The notes under the pieces: model-generated
The model's input: only the letters and a program-made list of their open reading frames with translations
Told to the model about the DNA's origin: nothing
Databases searched by the model: none
Shown: one piece after another, positions 1 to 7,976 of the stretch
Layout of the letters: each line of letters starts with the position of its first letter
Position numbering within the stretch: the first letter of the stretch is position 1
Made by a program: the position numbers and the translations under genes
From: Gaiellaceae bacterium
GTDB lineage: Bacteria; Actinomycetota; Thermoleophilia; Gaiellales; Gaiellaceae
Length of the DNA: 37,281 bases
NCBI GenBank assembly: GCA_035455605.1
Contig: DATIER010000026.1
Location: forward strand, 1 to 37,281
Direction: 5' to 3'

Positions 1-1
1 C

Positions 2-301
2 GACCTGCTGCGCTCGCGCTACGGGATCGTGATCGCCGGCGGGATGCAGACGATCGAGCCGACCGTGACCAACGAGGAGGAGTCCGAGGCGCTCGGCGTC
101 CCGCTCCACTCGCCGGCGTTCCTGTTCGAGCGGGTGACGCGCTCCGAGCGGGGCGAGATCGTCGAGTTCGTGCACTCGATCTACCGCGGCGACCGCTACC
201 GCCTCGTCACCGACCTGAGCGCGCTGCCGTCGCCGCACAGGCCGGCGCTCGCAAGCGCCGCTGGTCAAGACCAACGCAACGCAAGGACTCCTGTCGTTTG
301 A
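2..301 (+). CDS. GntR/HutC-subfamily transcriptional regulator, C-terminal UTRA effector domain only (5' end lies outside the window)
   Basis: The reading frame is open from the window edge. The sequence ...IEPTVTNEEESEALGVPLHSPAFLFERVTRSERGEIVEFVHSIYRGDRYRLV is typical of the UTRA domain of HutC/DasR/NagR-type regulators. Stop TGA is at 299-301. Confidence 0.8.
   Translation, partial: DLLRSRYGIVIAGGMQTIEPTVTNEEESEALGVPLHSPAFLFERVTRSERGEIVEFVHSIYRGDRYRLVTDLSALPSPHRPALASAAGQDQRNARTPVV
260..275. promoter_or_regulatory. dre-like (DasR/NagR-type) palindromic operator candidate 1
   Basis: GCTGGTCAAGACCAAC has a core TGGTCAAGACCA (262-273) with perfect TGGTC/GACCA arms. It matches 12 of 16 positions of the Streptomyces dre consensus ACTGGTCTAGACCACT. 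It lies in the last codons of the GntR gene. Confidence 0.45.
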
Positions 302-314
302 GCGGTTTGTCCGG

Positions 315-330
315 AATTGGTCTTGACATG
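315..330. promoter_or_regulatory. dre-like operator candidate 2, overlapping the -35 box
   Basis: AATTGGTCTTGACATG has a core TGGTCTTGACAT (318-329). The left half-site is perfect and the right half is degenerate. It overlaps TTGACA at 323-328. Confidence 0.35.
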
Positions 331-350
331 CAGTCGCAGAGTGTGCGAAT
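323..350 (+). promoter_or_regulatory. candidate sigma-70-type promoter of the sugar importer operon
   Basis: There is a perfect -35 TTGACA at 323-328 and a 16-nt spacer. TGT-GCGAAT at 342-350 resembles an extended -10. The site is about 115 nt upstream of the binding-protein ATG. Confidence 0.35.
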
Positions 351-366
351 GTCCGCGCCGTGGCCA

Positions 367-382
367 AGTGGTACAAACCAAT
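367..382. promoter_or_regulatory. dre-like operator candidate 3 (downstream of the promoter)
   Basis: AGTGGTACAAACCAAT has a core TGGTACAAACCA (369-380) with TGGT/ACCA arms. It matches 12 of 16 positions of ACTGGTCTAGACCACT. Confidence 0.5.
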
Positions 383-466
383 CGTGCGGCCGTTCGCCGC
401 GTCCCCCGGCCACCGCGTGGGAGCGCAGCAACCGCAGGCCGTCGACCGAGTGGTAGGGAGAAGTCG

Positions 467-1708
467 ATGAAGAAAGCACGGCTCTTCGCCGCCGCCGCCC
501 TCGCCGCGTCGCTCGCGGTTGCGGCCTCCACGGCGTCCGCGCGGACCGACCGCGCTGCGGCGAGCAAGATCACCGTCTGGCTGCAGGTCGACGCGCAGAC
601 GGGCTGGCCCGACCTCGTGGCCGCGGCCAACCAGGCCTTCCAGGCCAAGCACCCCGGCGTCAGCGTCGACGTGCAGTACCAGACCTGGGGCGACCACCTG
701 AGCAAGTTCGACGCCACCCTCGCCGGCGGCAACGTGCCGGACGTCATCGAGATGGGGAACACCGAGATGACGAAGTACATGGCGGCGGGCGCGTTCGCGA
801 ACCTGACCTCGCAGAAGGGCTCGTTCGCGAACTCGAAGAACTGGCTCAAGGGCCTCGCCGCGTCCGGGATCTACAACGGCAAGGTCTACGGCGTTCCGTA
901 CTACGCGGGGTCGCGCGTCGTGACGTACCGCTCCGACCTCTACAAGCGGGCCGGCGCGAAGGTGCCGACGAGCCTCGCGCAGTTCACCGCCACGGCCAAG
1001 CGGCTCAAGGCGAAGAACCCCAAGAAGGGCTTCTCGCCCGTGTACATCGCGGGCACCGACTGGTACTTCGCGATGAGCTTCGTCTACGACTACGGCGGCC
1101 AGATCGCCGCCCTCAAGCACGGCAAGTGGGTCGGGCAGCTCGAGTCGAAGAAGGCGCAGGCGGGCCTCGCGGCGTACAAGCGGTTCTTCATGGCCGCCTC
1201 GCGCGCCAGCAAGACCGGCACCGAGAACCGGCCGCAGCCGTACGACGTCTACGCACAGGGCCAGGCGGCCTCGATCGTCGGCCCGGCCTGGTTCAGCTGC
1301 TGCGTCGGCAAGAAGTACACGAAGGCGACGAAGCAGTTCGTGATGCCGAGCCACGTCAAGGGGCAAGGCATGCCGGGCTTCCTCGGCGGCTCCGACCTCG
1401 CGGTGCCGAAGGCCTCGGGCGACCAGTCGCTCGCGACCGACTGGATCCGGATCTTCACCAACACGGCCGGCGAGAAGGGCCTGCAGGCGAAGGGGAACAT
1501 CCCCAACGCGACCAACCTGCTCGGCAACAGCGTCAACGAGCGCGCCGCCAAACGGAGCTGGTTCGTGCCGACCGCGAAGAACTGGGTCAACGTCGAGAAC
1601 GGCAACGTGCTCCGCACGATGCTGGCCCGGATCCTCACCGGGAAGGCGAGCATCAAGGCCGCGACCGCCTTCGCAGACAGCAACATCGAGCTGACGCTCA
1701 ACCAGTAG
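467..1708 (+). CDS. ABC transporter extracellular solute-binding protein, family 1 (CUT1 sugar type, likely GlcNAc/chitobiose-like)
   Basis: ATG at 467 is preceded by GGGAGAAG. The signal peptide is MKKARLFAAAALAASLAVAAS. The body looks like a sugar-binding protein (KITVW..., YQTWGDH, VPDVIEMGNT, GVPYYAGSRVV). Operon context is two CUT1 permeases and a GH3 enzyme. I reject the 317-466 part of the ORF as a spurious extension. Confidence 0.9.
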   Translation: MKKARLFAAAALAASLAVAASTASARTDRAAASKITVWLQVDAQTGWPDLVAAANQAFQAKHPGVSVDVQYQTWGDHLSKFDATLAGGNVPDVIEMGNTEMTKYMAAGAFANLTSQKGSFANSKNWLKGLAASGIYNGKVYGVPYYAGSRVVTYRSDLYKRAGAKVPTSLAQFTATAKRLKAKNPKKGFSPVYIAGTDWYFAMSFVYDYGGQIAALKHGKWVGQLESKKAQAGLAAYKRFFMAASRASKTGTENRPQPYDVYAQGQAASIVGPAWFSCCVGKKYTKATKQFVMPSHVKGQGMPGFLGGSDLAVPKASGDQSLATDWIRIFTNTAGEKGLQAKGNIPNATNLLGNSVNERAAKRSWFVPTAKNWVNVENGNVLRTMLARILTGKASIKAATAFADSNIELTLNQ

Positions 1709-1732
1709 CGACGGGATGACCCGGGGAGCCGC

Positions 1733-2716
1733 TTGACACCGAGCGAGATTCCCGGCGGGACTGCATACGCCGCCGAGGCCGGTATCCGGTCTCGGCGGCG
1801 TCGCCCGTTGACCGTGGCGCGCGCCGTGCGCTGGGCGGCGCCGTACCTGCTGATTCTCCCGGTGGTCGCCGTCATCGTGGCGATCCTCGGCTACCCGCTG
1901 TACCACCTCGCGCGGCTCTCGTTCCAGAAGTACGGCCTGTTCGAGCTGATCGCCCGCCACGGGACGAGCGTCGGCTGGGCGAACTACCGCTCCGTCCTGC
2001 ACGACCCGGTCTTCTGGCACGTCCTCGTGCGGACGATCGTCTTCACCGTCGCGAACGTCGCCCTGACGATGGGGATCGGGACGCTGCTCGCCCTGCTCCT
2101 GACGAAGGTCAGCTCGGTCGTGCGCGTGCTGCTGACGGCCGGGCTCGTGCTCGCCTGGTCGATGCCGCCCGTCGTCGCGGTGCAGGTCTGGCTCTGGATG
2201 ACGAACTACGAGAACGGCGTCCTCAACTACACGCTGACGAAGCTCCACGTCGGCGACTACTTCCAGCACGACTGGTACGCGACCCCGTTCTCGCAGCTCT
2301 CGCTGACGACGTCGCTGATCGTCTGGGGCGCGATCCCGTTCGTCGTCGTCACCGTCTACGCCGGTTTGACCCAGGTGCCGCACGAGATCGTCGAGGCGGC
2401 GGAGATCGACGGCGCGCGGCCGTGGCGCGTCTTCTGGGACGTGACCGTCCCGATCATCAAGCCGATCTTCCTGGTGCTGACGAGCCTGTCGATCATCTGG
2501 GACTTCGGCGTCTTCACGCAGCCGTTCCTGCTGATCGACCAGACGAGGATCAACGCCTCGAACGAGCTGATGGGCGTGTACCTGTTCGAGGAGGGCTACC
2601 TGAAGACGGACTTCGGCCGCGGCGCGGCGATCTCGATCCTGATGCTGCTGATCGTCGCGGTGCTCTCGATCGTCTACGTCCGCAAGATGGTGCGGGCGGG
2701 GGACGAGGCCCAATGA
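1733..2716 (+). CDS. carbohydrate ABC transporter permease (MalF/UgpA-like)
   Basis: It has multiple TM segments and the EAA-loop region VPHEIVEAAEIDGARPWRVFWDVTVP. TTG start at 1733. Its stop overlaps the next start (ATGA at 2713-2716). The exact start is uncertain. Confidence 0.88.
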   Translation: MTPSEIPGGTAYAAEAGIRSRRRRPLTVARAVRWAAPYLLILPVVAVIVAILGYPLYHLARLSFQKYGLFELIARHGTSVGWANYRSVLHDPVFWHVLVRTIVFTVANVALTMGIGTLLALLLTKVSSVVRVLLTAGLVLAWSMPPVVAVQVWLWMTNYENGVLNYTLTKLHVGDYFQHDWYATPFSQLSLTTSLIVWGAIPFVVVTVYAGLTQVPHEIVEAAEIDGARPWRVFWDVTVPIIKPIFLVLTSLSIIWDFGVFTQPFLLIDQTRINASNELMGVYLFEEGYLKTDFGRGAAISILMLLIVAVLSIVYVRKMVRAGDEAQ

Positions 2717-3549
2717 GGGCGCGGCGTCGGCGCACCCGCCTCGTCTGGGACGCGATCGGCATCCTCGTCTTCGTCGTGATCGCGTTCCCCGTCTACTGGA
2801 TGGTCGCGAGCGCGTTCAAGCCCGACCACGAGCTGAACAGCCTGAGCCCGACCTGGTTCTCGCTCCACCCGACGCTGTCGCACTTCCGCGACGCGATCAA
2901 CCGGCCCTTCTTCTGGGACGGCGTCAAGAACAGCCTGATCGTCGTCAGCGTGACCGTCGCGCTCTCGATGGTGGTCGCCTTCCTGGCGGCGATCGCGCTG
3001 GCGAAGTTCCGCTTCACCGGGCGCAAGCTGTTCATCGTCCTGATCATCGGGATCCAGATGCTCCCGCAGGCGGGGCTGATCATCCCGCTGTACGTCGTGC
3101 TCGCCCGCTACCACCAGGTGAACGCGCTCTCCGGGGTGATCGTCACCTACATGACGTTCGTGCTGCCGTTCTCGGTCTGGATGCTGCGCGGCTTCCTGCT
3201 CGGGATCCCGAAGGAGCTCGAGGAGGCGGCGCTCGTCGACGGCTCGAGCCGCGTCGGCTCGTTCACGCGCATCCTGCTCCCGCTCGTCGCGCCCGGGCTC
3301 GTGGCGACCTCGATCTTCGCCTTCATCACGACGTGGAACGAGTACATCTTCGCCCGCGTCCTGCTCAACGACCAGGCCAAGCAGACGGCGACGGTCTGGC
3401 TCTCGTACTTCACCGGCACGAGCCGGAACACCGACTGGGGCGGCCTGATGGCCGGGTCGACGCTGATCGCGATCCCGGTGATCGTCTTCTTCCTGATCGT
3501 CCAGCGAAAGATCGCGTTCGGCCTGACGACCGGCGCGGTCCGCGGATGA
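2713..3549 (+). CDS. carbohydrate ABC transporter permease (MalG/UgpE-like)
   Basis: MRARRRRTRLVWDAIGILVFVVIAFPVYWMV... is followed by the EAA loop IPKELEEAALVDGSSRVGSFTRILLP. There are ATGA overlaps at both ends (2713 and 3546). Confidence 0.9.
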   Translation: MRARRRRTRLVWDAIGILVFVVIAFPVYWMVASAFKPDHELNSLSPTWFSLHPTLSHFRDAINRPFFWDGVKNSLIVVSVTVALSMVVAFLAAIALAKFRFTGRKLFIVLIIGIQMLPQAGLIIPLYVVLARYHQVNALSGVIVTYMTFVLPFSVWMLRGFLLGIPKELEEAALVDGSSRVGSFTRILLPLVAPGLVATSIFAFITTWNEYIFARVLLNDQAKQTATVWLSYFTGTSRNTDWGGLMAGSTLIAIPVIVFFLIVQRKIAFGLTTGAVRG

Positions 3550-4943
3550 GCGCAGGCGGGCTCGAGCCCGCCGCGGCGGCGTGCGTCTTCCCGGGCTTCC
3601 CGGGGACGACGGTGCCCGACTGGCTGCGGCGGGAGCTCGAGGGCGGGCTCGGCGGCGTCGTCCTGTTCGCGTTCAACGTGCGCGATCCGGATCAGCTCGC
3701 CGCGCTGACGGCCGAGCTGCGCGCGGAGCGGGACGCTCTCGTCGTCGCGGTCGACGAGGAGGGCGGCGACGTGACGCGGCTCGAGGCCGACCGCGGGAGC
3801 TCGTTCCCCGGCAACCTGGCGCTCGGGGCCGTCGACGACGTCGAGCTCACCCGGCGCGTGGCCGCGGCGATCGGCGGCGAGCTCGCGGCCGTCGGCGTGA
3901 ACATGAACCTCGCTCCCGTCGCCGACGTCAACGTCGACCCCGCGGCCGCGATCGTCGGCGTGCGGTCGTTCGGCTCGGACCCGCAGCTGGTCGCGCGGCA
4001 CGTCGCGGCGTACGTCGAAGGGTTGCAGGACACGGGCGTCGCGGCGTGCGCGAAGCACTACCCGGGGCACGGCGAGGTCACCGGCGACTCGCACCTCGAG
4101 CTGCCGACGGCGGAGACCGACCGTCAGACGCTGCTCGCACGGGCGCTGCCGCCGTTCGCCGCGGCCGTCGACGCCGGCGTCCGCTCGGTGATGACCGCCC
4201 ACATCCGCTTCCCTGCGATCGACCAGCAGCCGGCGACGATCAGCGCGCCGCTCATCGGCCTGCTGCGCTCCGAGCTCGGCTTCGACGGCGTGGTCATCAC
4301 GGACGCGCTCGAGATGCGCGCGATCGCCGGCACCGTCGGGCTCGAGGAAGGCGCCGTGCAGGCGATCGCCGCCGGCGCCGACGCTCTCTGCCTGGGCGCC
4401 GAGCGCTCGCCGGCGGAGGTGGCGCGCGTGCGGGACGCGCTCGTCGCCGCCGTCCGGGACGGACGGGTCGCCGAGGAGCGGCTGCACGAGGCGGCGGAAC
4501 GCGTCGCCGAGCTGGCCGCCTGGACGACGTCGCTGCAGCCGGGCCACGACCTCGAGGCCGGCGCCGAGGCGGCTCGGCGGGCCCTGCGCGCCGAGGGCGA
4601 CCTTGTACTGCCCGCGAACCCGCTCGTGGTCGAGCTCTGGCCCGAGGCGACGATTGCGGCCGGCCCTGCGCACCACGGGCTCGGCGAGCTGCTCGGGGCG
4701 GAGACGGTGCGCCTCCACGAGGGCGAGCCGTTCCCGCAGCCGGCCGACCCGGCGCGCGTGGTCGTCGTCGTCCGCGACGCCCATCGCCACGCCTGGCAGC
4801 GCGAGCTCGTGCCGGCCGGCGCGCTCGTCGTCGAGACCGGCGTGCCGGCGTGGCGGCCGCCGGAGGCGCGCGGCTACGTCGTCACGCACGGCGCCGGCCG
4901 CGCGAACCTGGCCGCCGCGGCCGGGCTGCTCGCGCCCCGCTAG
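3546..4943 (+). CDS. glycoside hydrolase family 3 beta-N-acetylhexosaminidase (NagZ type)
   Basis: The sequence contains VVAVDEEGGDVTRL and NLAPVADVN. It carries the NagZ-type signature KHYPGHGEVTGDSH (pattern KH[FIY]PGHG-x4-D[ST]H). It is translationally coupled to the permease gene. Confidence 0.88.
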   Translation: MSAGGLEPAAAACVFPGFPGTTVPDWLRRELEGGLGGVVLFAFNVRDPDQLAALTAELRAERDALVVAVDEEGGDVTRLEADRGSSFPGNLALGAVDDVELTRRVAAAIGGELAAVGVNMNLAPVADVNVDPAAAIVGVRSFGSDPQLVARHVAAYVEGLQDTGVAACAKHYPGHGEVTGDSHLELPTAETDRQTLLARALPPFAAAVDAGVRSVMTAHIRFPAIDQQPATISAPLIGLLRSELGFDGVVITDALEMRAIAGTVGLEEGAVQAIAAGADALCLGAERSPAEVARVRDALVAAVRDGRVAEERLHEAAERVAELAAWTTSLQPGHDLEAGAEAARRALRAEGDLVLPANPLVVELWPEATIAAGPAHHGLGELLGAETVRLHEGEPFPQPADPARVVVVVRDAHRHAWQRELVPAGALVVETGVPAWRPPEARGYVVTHGAGRANLAAAAGLLAPR

Positions 4944-4954
4944 CGTTCCGCGCC

Positions 4955-5554
4955 ATGCGACTCGTCCTCGACTGGGACGGCACCGTCACCGAGCGCGACA
5001 CGCTCGACCTCGTGCTGGAGCGGTTCGGCGACGCCGAGATCTACGAGCGCACCGAGCTCGATCTCGACGCGGGCCGGATGACCCTGAACGACGTGATCGC
5101 GGAGCAGTTCTCGACCGTCACCGCGCCGCTGGACGAGGTGGTCGCGTACGTGCTCGAGCACGCGCGCGTGCGGCCGGGCTTCGCCGGGCTCGCGCGGACG
5201 CGCCGGCCGCTGGTCGTCTCCTCCGGCTTCCACGAGCTGATCGAGCCGGTGCTGGAGCGCGAGGGCGTGCTCGGCGCGGTCGAGCTGCGCGCCAACCGCG
5301 TCGACGCGCTGCCGGAAGGCTGGGTCGTCCACTTCCGGGTCGCCGAGACGTGCGACGTGTGCGGCGAGCCGTGCAAACGGGCCGACCTCCCCGGCGGCGA
5401 GGTCGTCTACGCCGGCGACGGGCACTCGGACTACTGCGCCGCGCTGGCGGCGAAGCGCGTCTTCGCGACCGGGTCGCTCGCGCGGTGGCTGCGCGGCCGC
5501 GGCGTCTCGTTCACGCCGCTGACCGACTTCGACGCGCTCGCCTCAGAGCTGTAG
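4955..5554 (+). CDS. HAD-superfamily (subfamily IB-like) phosphatase
   Basis: MRLVLDWDGTVTERDTL carries the DxDGT motif I. It also has VVSSGF (motif II-like) and YAGDGHSDYCAA (motif IV-like). Only the last 200 codons of ORF 3581-5554 look protein-like. Confidence 0.8.
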   Translation: MRLVLDWDGTVTERDTLDLVLERFGDAEIYERTELDLDAGRMTLNDVIAEQFSTVTAPLDEVVAYVLEHARVRPGFAGLARTRRPLVVSSGFHELIEPVLEREGVLGAVELRANRVDALPEGWVVHFRVAETCDVCGEPCKRADLPGGEVVYAGDGHSDYCAALAAKRVFATGSLARWLRGRGVSFTPLTDFDALASEL

Positions 5555-6178
5555 TTGCGCGCGCGGCCTCGGGCCGCCGTGCGTGAGGAGCAGCAGCTCG
5601 GGCTCGCGCGCGAGCGCGCGCCGCACCGACGCCTCGAGCTCGTCCCTCGACTCGTCCTCGCGCAGCCAGCCTGCGGGACAGAGCTCCGCCCGGCCCTCGT
5701 AGCCGAGCACGGAGTCGCCGAGCACGAGCGCCCGGTGGCTCGGCAGCCAGAACGCGGCCTCGCCCATGTGGTGCATCGCGATCGCCTCGACGCCGCCCGC
5801 GAGCACGTCGCCGTCGACGAACGTCTGCGTCGTCGGCGCCCGCTTGGCCACCTCGGCGGCGGCCGGCTCGTGCGCGAAGAGCTCGGCGCCGTCGTAGCGG
5901 TCGAGGATCTCGCGCGCGCTGCGCGCGTGCCAGAAGACCGAGATCAGGATCCGCGGCGCGCCGTGCTGCTCGACGTCGCCGTCGAGCGCGGCCCAGAACT
6001 TCTCCTCGTCACCGGCCGGGACGAGCGGGTCGAACAGCACGAGCCCGTCGCGCTCGACGAGCGCGTAGCAGGAGACGTCGCGCTCCCAGCCCTGGCCGTC
6101 CTCGAAGTCGCGCGGGCCCCAGTCCGGGTGTGGCGCCGTCCACCACCAGAGGTGCGGCGCGATCTGCTCGATCTCCAC
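5543..6178 (-). CDS. hypothetical protein, possibly a degenerate MBL-fold/metallo-hydrolase-like protein
   Basis: Composition is natural (rich in W, D and E). GTG start at 6178. There are weak His-containing motifs (VFWHARSA, IAMHHMGEA, LLLTHGG). The 3' end overlaps the convergent HAD gene by 12 nt. The function call is weak. Confidence 0.6.
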   Translation of the reverse strand: MEIEQIAPHLWWWTAPHPDWGPRDFEDGQGWERDVSCYALVERDGLVLFDPLVPAGDEEKFWAALDGDVEQHGAPRILISVFWHARSAREILDRYDGAELFAHEPAAAEVAKRAPTTQTFVDGDVLAGGVEAIAMHHMGEAAFWLPSHRALVLGDSVLGYEGRAELCPAGWLREDESRDELEASVRRALAREPELLLLTHGGPRPRAQLQL

Positions 6179-6213
6179 GCAGCGGACGCTACCGCGGCGC
6201 GTACGGTTGCGCG

Positions 6214-7032
6214 ATGCCCGTGCTGCGGCTGCCCGAGCCGTTCGACTTCGAGCTCTCGACCGAGCGCTTTCGATCGTTCGGGTCCGACCTCGCGAACCTC
6301 TGGGCGGACGGCGCGATCCACCGCGTCGTCGGCGCGCGCGAGGTGCGCATCGAGCCGGCCGGCCGCGGCGTCCGCGTCGACCCGCTGGACGACGAGACGC
6401 GCCCGGTCGTGCTGAAGCTGCTCGGCGCCGAGTTCGACCTGCGCGCGTTCTACGACTGGGCGCAGGGCGACCCGGTGCTCGCGCGGCTGACGCGGGAGCT
6501 CGCGGGCTACCGGCCGCCGCTGGCGCCCGACCCGTTCGAGACGCTCGTCACCTCGATCACGGCCCAGCAGGTCTCGCTCTTCGCCGCGGTCGCGATCCGC
6601 AACCGGCTGGTCGAGCGCTTCGGCCGCCGGATCGGGCAGGCGTACTCCTTCCCCACCGCGCGCCGGCTGCGGCGGGCGAGCGAGAACGAGCTGCTCGCGC
6701 TCGGCTTCTCGCGGCGCAAGACGGAGTACGTGCTCGGCCTCGCGCAGGAGCCGATCGATCTCGCCGAGCTCGCGGCTCTTCCCGACGAGGAGGTGAAGCG
6801 GCGCCTGGTCTCGCTGCGCGGGATCGGCGCCTGGACGGCGGAGTGGTTCCTCGCCCGGCATCTCGCCCGGCCGCGCGCGTGGCCCGTCGGCGACATCGCG
6901 CTCGAGAAGGCCGTGCGCAGCTTCTACCCGGACGTGCGCGACCTCGAGTCGGCGCGCGACCGGTTCGCGCCGTTCCAGAACCTCTCGGCTCACTACCTCC
7001 TCACTGGGGCTAGGGTTGCGGCCGCCGCATGA
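6214..7032 (+). CDS. HhH-GPD superfamily DNA glycosylase (AlkA-like 3-methyladenine DNA glycosylase II)
   Basis: FETLVTSITAQQVSLFAAVAIRNRL is followed by the helix-hairpin-helix LVSLRGIGAWTAEWFL and the catalytic-Asp region WPVGDIALEKAV. ATG at 6214. Confidence 0.85.
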   Translation: MPVLRLPEPFDFELSTERFRSFGSDLANLWADGAIHRVVGAREVRIEPAGRGVRVDPLDDETRPVVLKLLGAEFDLRAFYDWAQGDPVLARLTRELAGYRPPLAPDPFETLVTSITAQQVSLFAAVAIRNRLVERFGRRIGQAYSFPTARRLRRASENELLALGFSRRKTEYVLGLAQEPIDLAELAALPDEEVKRRLVSLRGIGAWTAEWFLARHLARPRAWPVGDIALEKAVRSFYPDVRDLESARDRFAPFQNLSAHYLLTGARVAAAA

Positions 7033-7967
7033 ACGTTCGCGAAGCAACCGCCGCCGACGAGCAGACGCTGCTCCGCTTCACGCGCGAGCTCTTCGACGAG
7101 AACTGGCAGCGCCCGTGGCGTCCGCCCGAGGTCACGACGAGCATGTTCGAGGGCAAGCTCGTGCTCCTCGCCGAGGACGACGGCGAGCCCGTCGGCTACG
7201 CCTTCGGCGAGCTCGACCCGCATGGCTACGCGCACGTGAACCTCGTCTACGTCGTCCCCGAGCGCCGGCGCCGGGGCGCGACGACGGCGCTGCTGAAGGA
7301 GTTCGCCGCCCGTGCGCGCGAGGCCGGGATCGGGCACCTGACCCTCGACGTCGCGACCGACAACATCGTCGGGCGCGAGGTCTGGCGTCGGCTCGGCTTC
7401 AGCGAGTGGTCGCAGCGGCTGCTGGTGCCGGTCGAACGGCTCGAGCAGCACGGGCTGGCGGGCGAGTCGTACGCGTCGCTGCACGTGCAGACGGACGCGC
7501 GCGAGGCGGTCGAGGCGGCGGTCGCGAAGTACCTGCCGCGCTTCGGCGGCTCGGGCGCCGCGGTCGAGGGCCCGCGCAACGGCTGGGTCGCCGTCTACGC
7601 CGAGCTCGTCGACCGCGACCGCCGCGCGCGCGAGCGGCTCGCGTCGGAGCTCTCGAACGCGCTCGCCGCGGTCGTCTGCGCGATCGGCGTCGAGGACGGC
7701 GCCGTCGTGCGCTACGTGCTCTACGAGCGCGGCAGCGTCGTCGACGAGTACCAGTCCGTTCCGGAGCACTTCGGGCCGCTGCCGCCCGGTGACGTGGTCG
7801 CGCTCGGCGCCAACCCGACGGTCGTCTCGCGGCTGACCGGCGCCGACCCCGGCAGCGTGCGCGCGGTCGCACGCACGGCCCCCTCGCCGGACCAGCTGCC
7901 GCCCGCCGACGAGCTGCTCCAGCAGCTCGCCGAGGTGCTGGGGCTCGAGGGCGCGGGCCGCCGGTAG
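7029..7967 (+). CDS. GNAT-family N-acetyltransferase fused to an uncharacterised C-terminal domain of about 170 aa
   Basis: The N-terminal 140 aa has the GNAT core (VGYAFGEL..., VYVVPERRRRGATTALLKEF..., GREVWRRLGFSE). I do not recognise a family for the C-terminal half. ATGA overlap with the upstream gene. Confidence 0.8.
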   Translation: MNVREATAADEQTLLRFTRELFDENWQRPWRPPEVTTSMFEGKLVLLAEDDGEPVGYAFGELDPHGYAHVNLVYVVPERRRRGATTALLKEFAARAREAGIGHLTLDVATDNIVGREVWRRLGFSEWSQRLLVPVERLEQHGLAGESYASLHVQTDAREAVEAAVAKYLPRFGGSGAAVEGPRNGWVAVYAELVDRDRRARERLASELSNALAAVVCAIGVEDGAVVRYVLYERGSVVDEYQSVPEHFGPLPPGDVVALGANPTVVSRLTGADPGSVRAVARTAPSPDQLPPADELLQQLAEVLGLEGAGRR

Positions 7968-7976
7968 ATTCACGGG

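Noticed and set aside
3147-4889. A 580-aa minus-strand ORF. Similar long antisense or off-frame ORFs occur elsewhere, for example 2674-3114, 5944-7047, 6993-8669, 10095-11708, 13787-14803, 14716-15684, 15380-16357, 20516-21757, 21646-22707, 24356-25441, 25426-26607, 26997-28724 and 31125-32435.
   Set aside because: Their translations are dominated by Arg, Ala, Pro, Gly and Asp/His runs ([12 protein letters not shown]). This is typical of non-coding frames in very GC-rich DNA. Each lies opposite or out of frame to an ORF with clear family motifs. None shows a recognisable domain.
3581-4954. The N-terminal 458 codons of the 657-aa ORF 3581-5554, and similar 5' extensions at 317-466, 2422-2712, 8599-8712, 9038-9391, 12590-13540, 15550-16215, 17146-17754, 17722-18924, 18720-19001, 20240-20662, 21547-21780, 22092-22763, 25033-25530 and 27332-28795.
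   Set aside because: The extensions are Arg/Gly/Pro-rich and overlap the preceding real genes. In each case an internal ATG, GTG or TTG gives the expected conserved N-terminus, often with an SD-like purine tract or a 4-nt stop/start overlap.
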